Assembly: GCA_963714035.1 (NCBI GenBank)
Contig: OY970224.1
Span: forward strand, 1,375,688-1,439,687
DNA: 64,000 nucleotides
Direction of reading: 5' to 3'
From: an uncultured Acidobacteriota bacterium
GTDB lineage: Bacteria > Acidobacteriota > Thermoanaerobaculia > UBA5066 > DATFVB01
Of the stretch, positions 46,590-55,643 are shown piece by piece. The notes beneath the pieces are model-generated. The model was not told where the DNA came from, did no database searches, and saw only the letters and a program-made list of their open reading frames with translations. Positions within the stretch are counted from its first letter, which is position 1; every line of letters begins with the position of its first letter. The position numbers and the translations under genes were made by a program.

Positions 46590-47525
46590 TCACAGGTATT
46601 CCTCCAGGCGGAATCGCCCTTTCTTCGCCAGGACCGGCGCCCACAGGTCGCCCGTCCGGCGCACGCGGGCGACCACGTTGTCGATGCGGAAGTCCTCGAT
46701 CGCGATCTCCTTCTCGACTTCCTTCCAGGTGACGGGCGTCGAAACGGCGGCCTTCGGAGAAGGGCGAACCGAATAGATCGACGCGAGCGTTCGTCCCCAC
46801 GCGTTCTGGTTGTAGTCGACGAGGACGCGGCGGGCCGGGCGTTTGGCGATCCGGTACTCGGCGGTCGCGAGCAACGGATGCCGCGACGCGATCTCCTGCG
46901 CGAAGCGCTTCGCGAAGCCCCAGACCTCCTTCTGGAGCGGGCCGCGGACGATCGGCACGTAGACGTGGATTCCCCGCGAACCGGTCGTCTTGGCGAAGGA
47001 GGTCATCCCGAGCGACGCCAGCGCCGCGGCGACCGCGAGGGCGGTCTCCCGCACCTGGGAGAAGGACCCCCCTTTCACGGGATCGAGGTCGAAGTGGACG
47101 AAATCCGGGCGATGCACGTCGTCGCAGCGCGCGTACCAGGGGTTGAGGTCGATGCAACCGAGATTGATCGTCCAGAGAAGCGCCGCGAGATCGTCGACGA
47201 CGGGAAAATCGATCACGTTTCCCGAGGCGTGCTCGATCGCGCACGTGCGGATCCACTCCGGCCGCGGGTCGGGAGCGCGCTTCATGAAGAAGAATTCGCC
47301 CCCGGCGCCGTGCGGGTATCTCTTCATCACCATCGCGCGGTCGGCCACGTGCGGCAGGAGCCACGGCGAAATCGCGGCGTAGTAGCGGAGGAGGTCTCCC
47401 TTGGTCACTCCGAGCGCGGGCCAGAAGACCTTCCGCAGGTTCGTCAGCCGGACGCGGCGGCGGCCCGCGGCGACTTCCGCATCGTCGCGGTCAAGCGGGA
47501 TCTCGGGAATGGCGTGACCCTTCAC
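46590..47525 (-). CDS. LigD-type primase-polymerase (NHEJ polymerase domain) as a separate gene
   Basis: VRLTNLRKVFWPALGVTKGDLLRYYAAISPWLLPHVADRAMVMKRYPHG... matches the LigD Pol domain pattern. GTG start 47525 tentative. Confidence 0.75.
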   Translation of the reverse strand: MKGHAIPEIPLDRDDAEVAAGRRRVRLTNLRKVFWPALGVTKGDLLRYYAAISPWLLPHVADRAMVMKRYPHGAGGEFFFMKRAPDPRPEWIRTCAIEHASGNVIDFPVVDDLAALLWTINLGCIDLNPWYARCDDVHRPDFVHFDLDPVKGGSFSQVRETALAVAAALASLGMTSFAKTTGSRGIHVYVPIVRGPLQKEVWGFAKRFAQEIASRHPLLATAEYRIAKRPARRVLVDYNQNAWGRTLASIYSVRPSPKAAVSTPVTWKEVEKEIAIEDFRIDNVVARVRRTGDLWAPVLAKKGRFRLEEYL

Positions 47526-48157
47526 GGGCGGATTCCCCCCCGGGACCGGATCGGCGGCGGCAGCCGCGGCGGCCGCGGACCGTGCCGCGCGCCGGCGGCG
47601 AGCCCCACGTAGGCGAGCTCGCGCCGCTCGCGCACCCTCCGCAGAAGCAACCCCCCGCGGCTCATGTCGCCCCGCCCGGCGAATTCCGCGGGGAAGCGCA
47701 GGCGATCGCCGAGCGCGGCGCCCAGGACATCGACGTACTTCGCGGTCGCGATACTTCCGAGCAGGACGACCTCGTCTCCCGCGGCGAGAGCGCCGGCCAG
47801 CCGGCGCGCGTCCCGCTCGAGCGGCCTCCGATACCGCGGCTCCCCGAGATCGATCGGAACGGCGGCGAACCGGACGAGGTCGCGGCGGGTCACCGATGTG
47901 TCGGGGGAAACGAGCCCCCGGTCGGGCGTGATCACGAGGGCCCCGGCGGCGCCGGGCGGCGCCGAAGCGAACTCCCGGGCGTAGGAGATCTTGCCCCGGA
48001 AATAGAGGCCGCTCAGGAACGAGAAGACCTCTCCGACCGGGGCGCCCTCCTCCCGCAGTCGCCGGGCCAGCGGAAAATCGGCCTTTTCCGGCAGGAGCAG
48101 GCGCGCCCGCTCCCCCGCGCACGACGCGGGAGACAGGACGAAGATCCGGTGCGGCAT
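47522..48157 (-). CDS. Hypothetical protein (211 aa), 4-nt overlap with and directly upstream of the LigD-Pol gene
   Basis: ATG 48155-48157. MPHRIFVLSPASCAGE...VVLLGSIATAKYVDVL...; no family recognised by eye. Not a Ku homolog as far as I can judge. Confidence 0.45.
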   Translation of the reverse strand: MPHRIFVLSPASCAGERARLLLPEKADFPLARRLREEGAPVGEVFSFLSGLYFRGKISYAREFASAPPGAAGALVITPDRGLVSPDTSVTRRDLVRFAAVPIDLGEPRYRRPLERDARRLAGALAAGDEVVLLGSIATAKYVDVLGAALGDRLRFPAEFAGRGDMSRGGLLLRRVRERRELAYVGLAAGARHGPRPPRLPPPIRSRGGIRP

Positions 48158-48283
48158 CGCCCCCGATTGTGCATGAGGCGGGCCATCGCGGGAAACGGGG
48201 CCGCCCCGGAACTTTCGGGCGCCGAATCCGTAGATCCTGTTCGAGCGGCGGGTTCGCCGCGGCACCCGTATAAAGGACGGAAC

Positions 48284-49501
48284 ATGAAGAAGCGATGGAT
48301 CGGAACGGGAATCGCGGCGGTCGTTCTGCTCGGCGGCCTCGTCGCCGCGCGGAGCCGCGGAAAGAACGCCGCGCCGAAGGAAGATTCGAGCCCCTTCCGG
48401 CTCGGCAAGGCCGAGGCCGACGACCTCCAGGTGAGCGTCCGCGAGGTCGGCGTCGTCGATCCCGAGACGAAGGTCGACGTGAAGTCGGCCGTTTCCGGGA
48501 AGGTGGTCGCCCTCAAGGTGCGGGAAGGCGCGGTCGTCCGGGTCGGCGACGTCCTCGCCGAGGTCGAGCCGGACGTCACGCAGGCGCAGTCGCTCTCCGA
48601 CGTCCAGGCGGGCGTACGGGAGTCCCGGCTGCGGCTCGAGGACGCCGAGCGGGAGTACGCCAGCCAGAAGGCGCTCTTCGACAACGGTCTCGTCGGGAGC
48701 GACGCCATGAAGGCGGTGACGAACAAGCGCGAGATCTCCGCCCAGGAGCTCCGGGCCGCCCAGACGCGCTACCAGATCGTCGAGGACCACGGGATCCCGA
48801 TCTCGGGCGATTCGACCACCCAGAAAGCGCGCGTGACGAGCCCGATGAACGGCGTCGTGATCACGAAGGGCGTCGAGCTCGGCGAGACCGTCACCTCGGG
48901 CGTCTCGTCGTTCAACGAAGGAACCGTGCTCTTCACCGTCGCGGACCTCAAGTCGCTCCTGATCCGCGTCAACCTGAACGAGGTCGACATCGCGAAGGTC
49001 CGGGTCGGCGAGCCCGTGCGGATCACGCTCGACGCGTATCCCCAGAAGGTCTTCTCCGGCAGGGTGCGCTTCGTCGCTCCGGCGGCCAAGCTCGTCGACA
49101 AGATCAAGGTCTTCGCGATCGAAGTCGCGCTCGACGAGCTCTCCGACGCCTACCGGACCGGAATGAGCGCGAACGTCGAGATCCTCGGCGAGCGGCGTCC
49201 CCACGCGATCTCCATCCCGCTCGAAGCGCTCCAGCGCCGCGACGGGAAGCCCGTCGCCTACCGGCTGAAGGAGAATCTGCCCGACAAGACGATCGCGGCC
49301 GCGAAGGAAGGGCTCTCCGGGCGCAACAAGTACACGTGGCTGTCGGAGCACTGGAAGGACTACTTCGAGCCGGTGCCCGTCGTCGCGGGTGTGGCGACCC
49401 TGGAACGCGTCGAGGTGCTCTCGGGGCTCTCCGCGGGAAGCCGCGTCAGCCTCGAGGATCCCACGCGCAAGAAGGTCGAAAAGGACGATGAAAACAACTG
49501 A
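48284..49501 (+). CDS. HlyD/MacA-family periplasmic adaptor subunit
   Basis: N-terminal anchor, coiled-coil region, and beta-barrel/lipoyl motifs (...VRVGDVLAEVEP..., TSPMNGVV...). Confidence 0.85.
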   Translation: MKKRWIGTGIAAVVLLGGLVAARSRGKNAAPKEDSSPFRLGKAEADDLQVSVREVGVVDPETKVDVKSAVSGKVVALKVREGAVVRVGDVLAEVEPDVTQAQSLSDVQAGVRESRLRLEDAEREYASQKALFDNGLVGSDAMKAVTNKREISAQELRAAQTRYQIVEDHGIPISGDSTTQKARVTSPMNGVVITKGVELGETVTSGVSSFNEGTVLFTVADLKSLLIRVNLNEVDIAKVRVGEPVRITLDAYPQKVFSGRVRFVAPAAKLVDKIKVFAIEVALDELSDAYRTGMSANVEILGERRPHAISIPLEALQRRDGKPVAYRLKENLPDKTIAAAKEGLSGRNKYTWLSEHWKDYFEPVPVVAGVATLERVEVLSGLSAGSRVSLEDPTRKKVEKDDENN

Positions 49502-50189
49502 GGCCGCCCGGATCATCGACGTCGAAGCGTTGACGAAGGTCTACGGCGCCAACGGGACCGCCGTCCACGCCCTCCGCGGGATCGACATGTCGGTCGCCGC
49601 CGGCGAATTCGTCGCGCTGATCGGCCCTTCCGGGTCGGGAAAGTCGACGCTGATGGCGATCCTCGGCTGCCTCGATTCGCCGACGGCCGGAAGCTACCGG
49701 TTCGACGGCGAAAGGGTCGACGGGCTCTCGGGGTCCGCGCTCGCGAGGATCCGCAACGAGAAGATCGGGTTCGTCTTCCAGAATTACAACCTCCTTCCGA
49801 AAGCGTCGGTGGCCCGCAACGTCGAGCTCCCGATGCTCTACGCGGGAGTCGGCCGGCGCGAACGCCGCGAGCGCGCGATGGAGCTCCTGGAGCGCGTCGG
49901 AATCGCCGAGAAGGCGCGCCAGCTTCCCGCGGCGCTCTCCGGAGGCCAGCGCCAGCGGGTCGCGATCGCCCGCGCGCTCGCCAATCGTCCGAAGATGCTC
50001 CTCGCCGACGAGCCGACGGGCGCGCTCGACTCGAAGACGGGACACGAGGTGCTCGCCCTGTTCCAGGACCTGCACGCTTCCGGGAACACGGTCCTCCTCG
50101 TCACGCACGACCCCACGATCGCGGCGCTCGCGCAGAGGCGGGTCGAGATCCACGACGGTCTCGTTCGGCCCGAAGCCGCGGCGGCGTGA
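49488..50189 (+). CDS. ABC transporter ATP-binding protein (MacB/LolD-like)
   Basis: Walker A GPSGSGKST, Q-loop, signature LSGGQRQRVAIARAL, Walker B LLADEPTGALD, H-loop THD. Confidence 0.9.
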   Translation: MKTTEAARIIDVEALTKVYGANGTAVHALRGIDMSVAAGEFVALIGPSGSGKSTLMAILGCLDSPTAGSYRFDGERVDGLSGSALARIRNEKIGFVFQNYNLLPKASVARNVELPMLYAGVGRRERRERAMELLERVGIAEKARQLPAALSGGQRQRVAIARALANRPKMLLADEPTGALDSKTGHEVLALFQDLHASGNTVLLVTHDPTIAALAQRRVEIHDGLVRPEAAAA

Positions 50190-50222
50190 AGCCGCGATGA
50201 CCCGCGGACCCGGATTCCTCCG

Positions 50223-51479
50223 ATGAGCGCCGGCCAGGGAGCCTTCCGCGAGCGGGTCCGCTCCGCCTGGACGGAGATGCGCGAAAACCCGGGCCGGTCG
50301 ACGCTCCAGGCGCTCGGCGTGATGCTCGGCGTCGCCTCGGTTCTCGGCGGATTCTCGATCGCCGACAGCCAGCGCCGCCGCTCCGAGGAGCTCTTCGTGA
50401 AGATCGGCGGGCTCGACAAGCTGAACGTCCAGCCGGCGGCCGCCGTCAAGGACGGCACCACGCCGTCGGCCCTCCAGACGGCGAACCTCGGCCTGCGCGG
50501 CGCCGACGCGGAATCGGGCGAATCGCTCGACCGCGCCGGCATCGCGGGCGTGAGCCAGCAGAAGACGGCGCGCGTTCGCGTGCGTTCCCCCTATGGGGAC
50601 CAGGAGCGCCAGATCACCGGGATCGGCGGAGACTACTTCGCGATCAACGGCTACTCGATCGAGGCCGGAAGGTCGTTCTCGGCGCGGGACCTCGAAAGCG
50701 GCGCGCCGGTCGCGATCCTCGGCAAGGAAGCGGCGAGCGTGTTCTTCCCGACGGGCGAGGTCGTCGGCCGGCAGATCCGCGTCGGCGACACGCCCGTGAC
50801 CGTGATCGGGCTGCTCCAGGAGAAGGTCTTTCGCTTCCGGAACGGGCAGGGGAACATTTTCGCGTGGCGCAACCGGTTGATCGCGCTTCCCGCGAGCCTC
50901 GTCGCCCGCCGGATGCAGGGCGACTCGTACCAGCGCCTCGACCGCGTGACGTTCCGGCTGCCCGAGGTCCGGTCGATGTCCGCTTTTTCGAAGCAGCTCG
51001 ACGTCCTCCTGACCGCCAACCACCGGCTCCAGCGGGATTTCCGGCTCGACGACGTCGCCGCCCGGATGCGGAAGATGGAGAGCCAGGGAGACATCTACAA
51101 CATGATCTTCATGCTCTCCGGCGTGCTCGCCCTCCTCGGCGGAGGGATGGTCAACGTCAACATCCAGATGGCGACGCTCAAGGAGCGCGTGCGCGAAGTG
51201 GGCGTGAAGATGGCGATCGGAGCGGGAGGGCGCGAGATCTTCAAGGAGTTCATGACCGAGGCGCTCCTGCTGACGGGCGCCGGCGGCGTCGTCGGACTGG
51301 CGATCGGCGTCGGCTTCTCGAAGGTGATCACGGCTGCAATCGGCATTCCGCTCCACATGGAGGCCGCGAGCTTCGCCTGGGCCTACGTCCTCGCGGCGGT
51401 CTTCGGGTTCGTCTTCGCCCTCTATCCCGCGTTCAAGGCGAGCCGGCTCTCGCCGATGGAGGCGCTGCGCTATGAGTGA
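50223..51479 (+). CDS. ABC transporter permease, FtsX/MacB-type (periplasmic domain + 4 TM)
   Basis: N-terminal TM, large periplasmic domain, C-terminal FtsX helices (...GIPLHMEAASFAWAYVLAAVFGFVFALYPAFKASRLSPMEALRYE). Confidence 0.85.
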   Translation: MSAGQGAFRERVRSAWTEMRENPGRSTLQALGVMLGVASVLGGFSIADSQRRRSEELFVKIGGLDKLNVQPAAAVKDGTTPSALQTANLGLRGADAESGESLDRAGIAGVSQQKTARVRVRSPYGDQERQITGIGGDYFAINGYSIEAGRSFSARDLESGAPVAILGKEAASVFFPTGEVVGRQIRVGDTPVTVIGLLQEKVFRFRNGQGNIFAWRNRLIALPASLVARRMQGDSYQRLDRVTFRLPEVRSMSAFSKQLDVLLTANHRLQRDFRLDDVAARMRKMESQGDIYNMIFMLSGVLALLGGGMVNVNIQMATLKERVREVGVKMAIGAGGREIFKEFMTEALLLTGAGGVVGLAIGVGFSKVITAAIGIPLHMEAASFAWAYVLAAVFGFVFALYPAFKASRLSPMEALRYE

Positions 51480-52797
51480 AGGCATCCTGGGGCTCAACGC
51501 CCCGGCAGCGCCGGCCGCCCCGGCCGGGCCGGCCGCCGCGGAAACGCCGCGCCGCCGCTTCACCTTTTCGGCGCGGGCGGGGCTCGTCTTCTCGGTCGTC
51601 CTCGGCGGCCTCGTGGAGCTCTGGGCGCACAAGCTCCGGTCGATCCTCACGCTCACGCTCCTGACCCTGGGGGTCTTCGCGCTCGTCGTGATGACGTCGG
51701 TGCTCGACGGCGTGCTCGACAAGATCGCGACCGGCTTCGCGGGGCTCGCATGGGACGGGACGGTCATGGTGGTCCCGAAGTCGCCCGAAACGACCGAGGA
51801 GCAGAAGCGATTCGCCATGAGCCCCGGCCTGCGGTTCGAAGACCTCCCGCGCGTCGCGGCGGCCGATCCGAGGGTCGTCGGGATCCTGCCGCGCGCCGAC
51901 AAGCGGTCGGCGACCCGCGTGCCGGGAGGAACGGAGCGGATCTACGTCACCGGCGTCACCCCGGACTATGCGGCGCTGATGAACCGCCCGATCGGGCTCG
52001 GGCGCGGCCTGACGCCCGACGACGAGCGGCGGCGGAGCACGGTCGCGGTCGTGGGCGCGACCCTCGCGTCGAAGCTCTTCGGCGGCTCGGACCCCGTCGG
52101 ACGCGACATGACCGTCGAGGGAGTCCCGTTCCGGATCGTCGGCGTCCAGGCGCCTGGCCAGATCTTCTCGGACGAGAACTACATGGACGCCAACGGAATC
52201 CACATCCCGCTCGCGACCTACATGGACCGGATCGATCCCGACCATCAGATCGCCCAGATCGCCGTGAAGCTCCGGAAGAAGAGCGACATGGGCGCGGTTT
52301 CCGCGATGATCCTGGGGAGGGTGCGGCAGGCCCACCACGGGATCGAAGACGCCGAGATCCGGGACCTCGACGCCGATCTCGCCCGCAGCTACCAGAATTT
52401 CCTCGAGCAGATGCGCGGGTGGCGAATCGTCCTGATGAGCCTCGCCGGAACGGTCCTCCTCGTGGGGGGCGTGGGCATCCTCTCGGTGATGCTCATCTCC
52501 TTCTCGGATCGCCGTTACGAAATCGGCCTCCGGAAGTCGATGGGGGCCTCGGATGCGGAGATCCTCGTCCAGTTCCTCCTGGAGGCCGTCGTCCTCGCTT
52601 CCCTCGGGGCGCTCGCCGGAACGGTCGGCGGCGCAATCCTCTGCCGCGCGCTCTCCGACAAGTTCCCCTACGGGCTGGTCGTCAATCCGGTCGGCCTTGC
52701 CGTCGCGTGGGGCGTCGCGCTGACGCTCGCGATCGGGTTCGGGATGTATCCGGCGGTGAAGGCTTCGCGACTCTCCCCCATGGAAGCCATGAGGTAG
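51472..52797 (+). CDS. Second, distinct ABC transporter permease, FtsX/MacB-type
   Basis: Same architecture; C-terminal ...MYPAVKASRLSPMEAMR. 8-nt overlap with the preceding permease gene. Confidence 0.85.
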   Translation: MSEGILGLNAPAAPAAPAGPAAAETPRRRFTFSARAGLVFSVVLGGLVELWAHKLRSILTLTLLTLGVFALVVMTSVLDGVLDKIATGFAGLAWDGTVMVVPKSPETTEEQKRFAMSPGLRFEDLPRVAAADPRVVGILPRADKRSATRVPGGTERIYVTGVTPDYAALMNRPIGLGRGLTPDDERRRSTVAVVGATLASKLFGGSDPVGRDMTVEGVPFRIVGVQAPGQIFSDENYMDANGIHIPLATYMDRIDPDHQIAQIAVKLRKKSDMGAVSAMILGRVRQAHHGIEDAEIRDLDADLARSYQNFLEQMRGWRIVLMSLAGTVLLVGGVGILSVMLISFSDRRYEIGLRKSMGASDAEILVQFLLEAVVLASLGALAGTVGGAILCRALSDKFPYGLVVNPVGLAVAWGVALTLAIGFGMYPAVKASRLSPMEAMR

Positions 52798-53142
52798 GAC
52801 GAGAGTCGCGCCGATACGCGCCGTTATACGGGTCCGTCGGGGCCGTGCCGGCGGCTCGACGTCCGCGCTCCCGGTACGCCTTCACCGCCGGCAGACCCCG
52901 CCGAACCCGTCTTCCAGCACGTCTCGTCGCGCCTTCGCGTTGACTCATCTGGCAGGCAGGACGAAAGATTCGTCTTCGGGCTTACCTCGCCGCGCTTCCG
53001 GTTTCCCCTAACCTGGATTCACCGCCGCCCGGGACCCCTTGGGCCCCTCTTCCAACCCGTTCTCGCCCGCCTCACCGATGCGGCCCCGCTGGCGCAATTC
53101 TTGCATTATTTCCATCGCGCTCGTTTTTTGAAAGGAGAGCCC

Positions 53143-53523
53143 ATGAAGAAGATCCTCGGGATTCTGGTGTCGGTGCTCGCCGCCGCCGCGATGGCGTCGG
53201 GAGCGGAACAGACGTGGCACGGCAAGATCAGCGACAGCATGTGCGGCGCGTCCCACAAGTCGGCGATCGAGCACTCGGGAAAGAAGCTCAGCGACCGCGA
53301 CTGCACCCAGGCGTGCATCAAGGACGGGGCGAAGTACGTCTTCGTCAGCGGCGGGAAGGTCTACGACATCTCGAATCAGGACGAACCCGCGCTGGCCGAG
53401 CACGCCGGCCACAGCGTGTCCCTCAAAGGGGAGATGACCGGCAACTCGATCAAGGTGTCGAGCATCTCGATGGGCAAGAGCGGGAAGACGATGTCCAAGG
53501 AGAAACCCGCCTCGACCTCGTAA
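53143..53523 (+). CDS. Small secreted Cys-containing protein of unknown function (126 aa)
   Basis: RBS AAAGGAGAG before ATG 53143; signal peptide MKKILGILVSVLAAAAMASGA; 4 Cys. Confidence 0.5.
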   Translation: MKKILGILVSVLAAAAMASGAEQTWHGKISDSMCGASHKSAIEHSGKKLSDRDCTQACIKDGAKYVFVSGGKVYDISNQDEPALAEHAGHSVSLKGEMTGNSIKVSSISMGKSGKTMSKEKPASTS

Positions 53524-53647
53524 GCCTGTTACAAGGCTGAAAAAGGGGACCGGTCGCGCGCGAGCGAGGCCGGTCCCTTTCGTTTTGCGGCATGACCCGC
53601 GCGCGCCGCTGCCCGGCGAACTTCTCGAGCCCCACCCGCCGTCAACG

Positions 53648-53786
53648 AATGGCTACGGTGGGGCGCCGCAGCGGTCGAGCCGAGAAGGCGAGCCGCGAAG
53701 GTCACCGCGCGATTAGTCTCCGCGAGTAACCGAGCGGAGGAGGATCGCGCGGTGGGAGGCCACGCGGTTCCAGCGAAGCGAGCCGC
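53648..53786. repeat. Structured REP-like repeat, family A, copy 3; ends ~12 nt before the rnc stop codon (53799-53801)
   Basis: gcgccgcagcggtcgagccgagaaggcgagccgcgaaggtcaccgcgcgattagtctccgcgagtaaccgagcggaggaggatcgcgcggtgggaggccacgcggttccagcgaagcgagccgcgcggccgacgg; same helices as copies 1-2. Confidence 0.85.
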
Positions 53787-53798
53787 GCGGCCGACGGT

Positions 53799-54533
53799 CT
53801 ATTGACGGGCGAGCCTTTCGAGCGTCGCCCTCGCCGCCTGCCTCTGCGCCTCCTTCTTCGACGTCCCTCTTCCCTGCGCGAAGGCGACACCGTTCCAGAG
53901 AACTTCGATCAGGAACGTCTTTTCATGGTCGGGGCCGATCTCCTCGAGGACCCGGTACTCCGGGAGCGGCAGCCCCAGCCGCTGGGCCGTTTCCTGCAGC
54001 GTCGTCTTGTAATCGTGGAACGAGAGATCGCCCAGGTCGATCCCCGAGATGTCGGGCTCGAACATGCGCGAGATGAAGGGAGCGACGGCGGGCAGGCTCC
54101 CGTCGAGATAGATCGACGCGATCACCGCTTCGAGCGCGTCGGCGAGGAGGGAGTCCTTGCTCGCGCCGCCGGACCTCGCTTCTCCCGAGCCGAGCCGCAG
54201 GAACACGCCGATCCCCAGCTCGCGCGCCTTCTGGGAAAGCGTCGCCGCCGAAACGAGGTGCGCCTTGATCTTCGAGAGAGAGCCCTCCTGGAGAGCCGGG
54301 AATCCCTTGAAGATCAGCTCGCCGATGACGAAGCCGAGCACGGCGTCGCCGAGGAATTCCAGGGTCTCGTTGTGCTGGACGCGCGGCATGCGGTTCTCGT
54401 TCGAATACGACTTGTGCGTGAGCGCCCGAACGAGGAGGGCCGGATCGCGGAACGTGTACCCGAGCTTCTTCTCGAGGACGCTCCACGGCGGCCGGAACGC
54501 AGTGCTCACGCCCGGATCCCCCGGGCGGACCAC
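53799..54533 (-). CDS. rnc: Ribonuclease III
   Basis: RNase III signature ETLEFLGDAVL and C-terminal dsRBD (EKTFLIEVLWNGVAFAQGRGTSKKEAQRQAARATLERL). True start may be the internal GTG (VSTAFRPP...). Confidence 0.85.
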   Translation of the reverse strand: MVRPGDPGVSTAFRPPWSVLEKKLGYTFRDPALLVRALTHKSYSNENRMPRVQHNETLEFLGDAVLGFVIGELIFKGFPALQEGSLSKIKAHLVSAATLSQKARELGIGVFLRLGSGEARSGGASKDSLLADALEAVIASIYLDGSLPAVAPFISRMFEPDISGIDLGDLSFHDYKTTLQETAQRLGLPLPEYRVLEEIGPDHEKTFLIEVLWNGVAFAQGRGTSKKEAQRQAARATLERLARQ

Positions 54534-54869
54534 GCCGCCGGGACCCGAGTCCGGACCGCACCGTTGCCGACAAGGCGATGCATGCCCTCGCCGCCGAGCC
54601 CGCAGGACCTCCGCCGCTCGGCGGTCTCCTTCCCCTCCGGATCGCCGGGCGCCGGACCTCTGGCGAGCGTGGCGAACGCGCGAGACCGCGCGGTCGGCGC
54701 CCTCGCCGGCGAGATCGCGAGCGAACGCGCGATCGATCGATTTTCCGCGCCCCGCCTTGAAACCGCGTGTCGAGACGCAACGGAAGGATATCCGTTCCGG
54801 ACCCGTGTAACGAAACGTCCCTCCGTTTCAGCGATTTGGCCCGGCGCGGATCCGCCGCCGGGCCGGCGG

Positions 54870-55643
54870 TCACTTCCGGGGGCGGTCGAACAGCGCGTCG
54901 AAATTCGACGTCGTCGCCGACTCGACGTCCCCGAACGGGACCTCCTTGAGCGCCGCGAGGCGGCGCGCGGTGTCGACCGCGAAAGCCGGCTCGCACCGTT
55001 TGCCCCGGTGCGGCTCCGGCGAGAGGAACGGGGCGTCGGTCTCGACGAGCATCGCGGCGAGCGGCAGACCGCGGGCGGCCGCCCGGATGTTCTCGGCCGC
55101 CTTGAACGTGATCATTCCCGAGAACGAGATCCGGTAGCCCAGATCGACGGCGCGAGCGCCGTAGGCGGCGTCCTCCGTGAACGAGTGGAAGACGCCGGGA
55201 TCGGCGCGACGCGGCTCCGCGGCGAGGATCTCGAGCATCTCGGCGCCGCTCTCGCGGTTGTGGAGGAGCACCGGCAGCTCCCGGACGCGCGCGAAAGCGA
55301 GCTGCGACCGAAGCGCCCGCCGCTGGACGTCGCGGGGCGAATGGTCGTAATGGAAATCGAGGCCGATCTCGCCGACGGCGACGGTCTTCGGCGAGCGGAG
55401 GAGCTCCTCGAAAATCCTGAGGTCGCGGTCTTCGTCGAAGTCCTTCGCCTCGTGCGGGTGGAGTCCCACCGCGGCGAAGACTCCGTCATGACCTTCCGCG
55501 ACCTCGACGGCGGCGCGAGAATCGGCCACCGTCGTTCCCGGGACGAGGATCTTTCCGACGCCGGCGTCCCGGGCGCGAGCGAGCACGTCGCGGCGCTCTC
55601 CCTCCGGCAGCATCTGCACGTGGCCGTGCGAGTCGCAGATCAT
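54870..55643 (-). CDS. tatD: TatD family metal-dependent hydrolase
   Basis: MICDSHGHVQ (H-x-H), ...GEIGLDFHYD..., HSF, ETDAPF. ATG 55641-55643; the rest of the listed 814-aa ORF is antisense/out of frame. Confidence 0.85.
   Translation of the reverse strand: MICDSHGHVQMLPEGERRDVLARARDAGVGKILVPGTTVADSRAAVEVAEGHDGVFAAVGLHPHEAKDFDEDRDLRIFEELLRSPKTVAVGEIGLDFHYDHSPRDVQRRALRSQLAFARVRELPVLLHNRESGAEMLEILAAEPRRADPGVFHSFTEDAAYGARAVDLGYRISFSGMITFKAAENIRAAARGLPLAAMLVETDAPFLSPEPHRGKRCEPAFAVDTARRLAALKEVPFGDVESATTSNFDALFDRPRK

Noticed and set aside
54534-54869. 336-bp spacer between tatD and rnc, examined for an ncRNA or small gene
   Set aside because: Only short palindromes (ggatatcc, cccggcg...cgccggg) and no convincing conserved-structure or ORF signal. 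Left unannotated.
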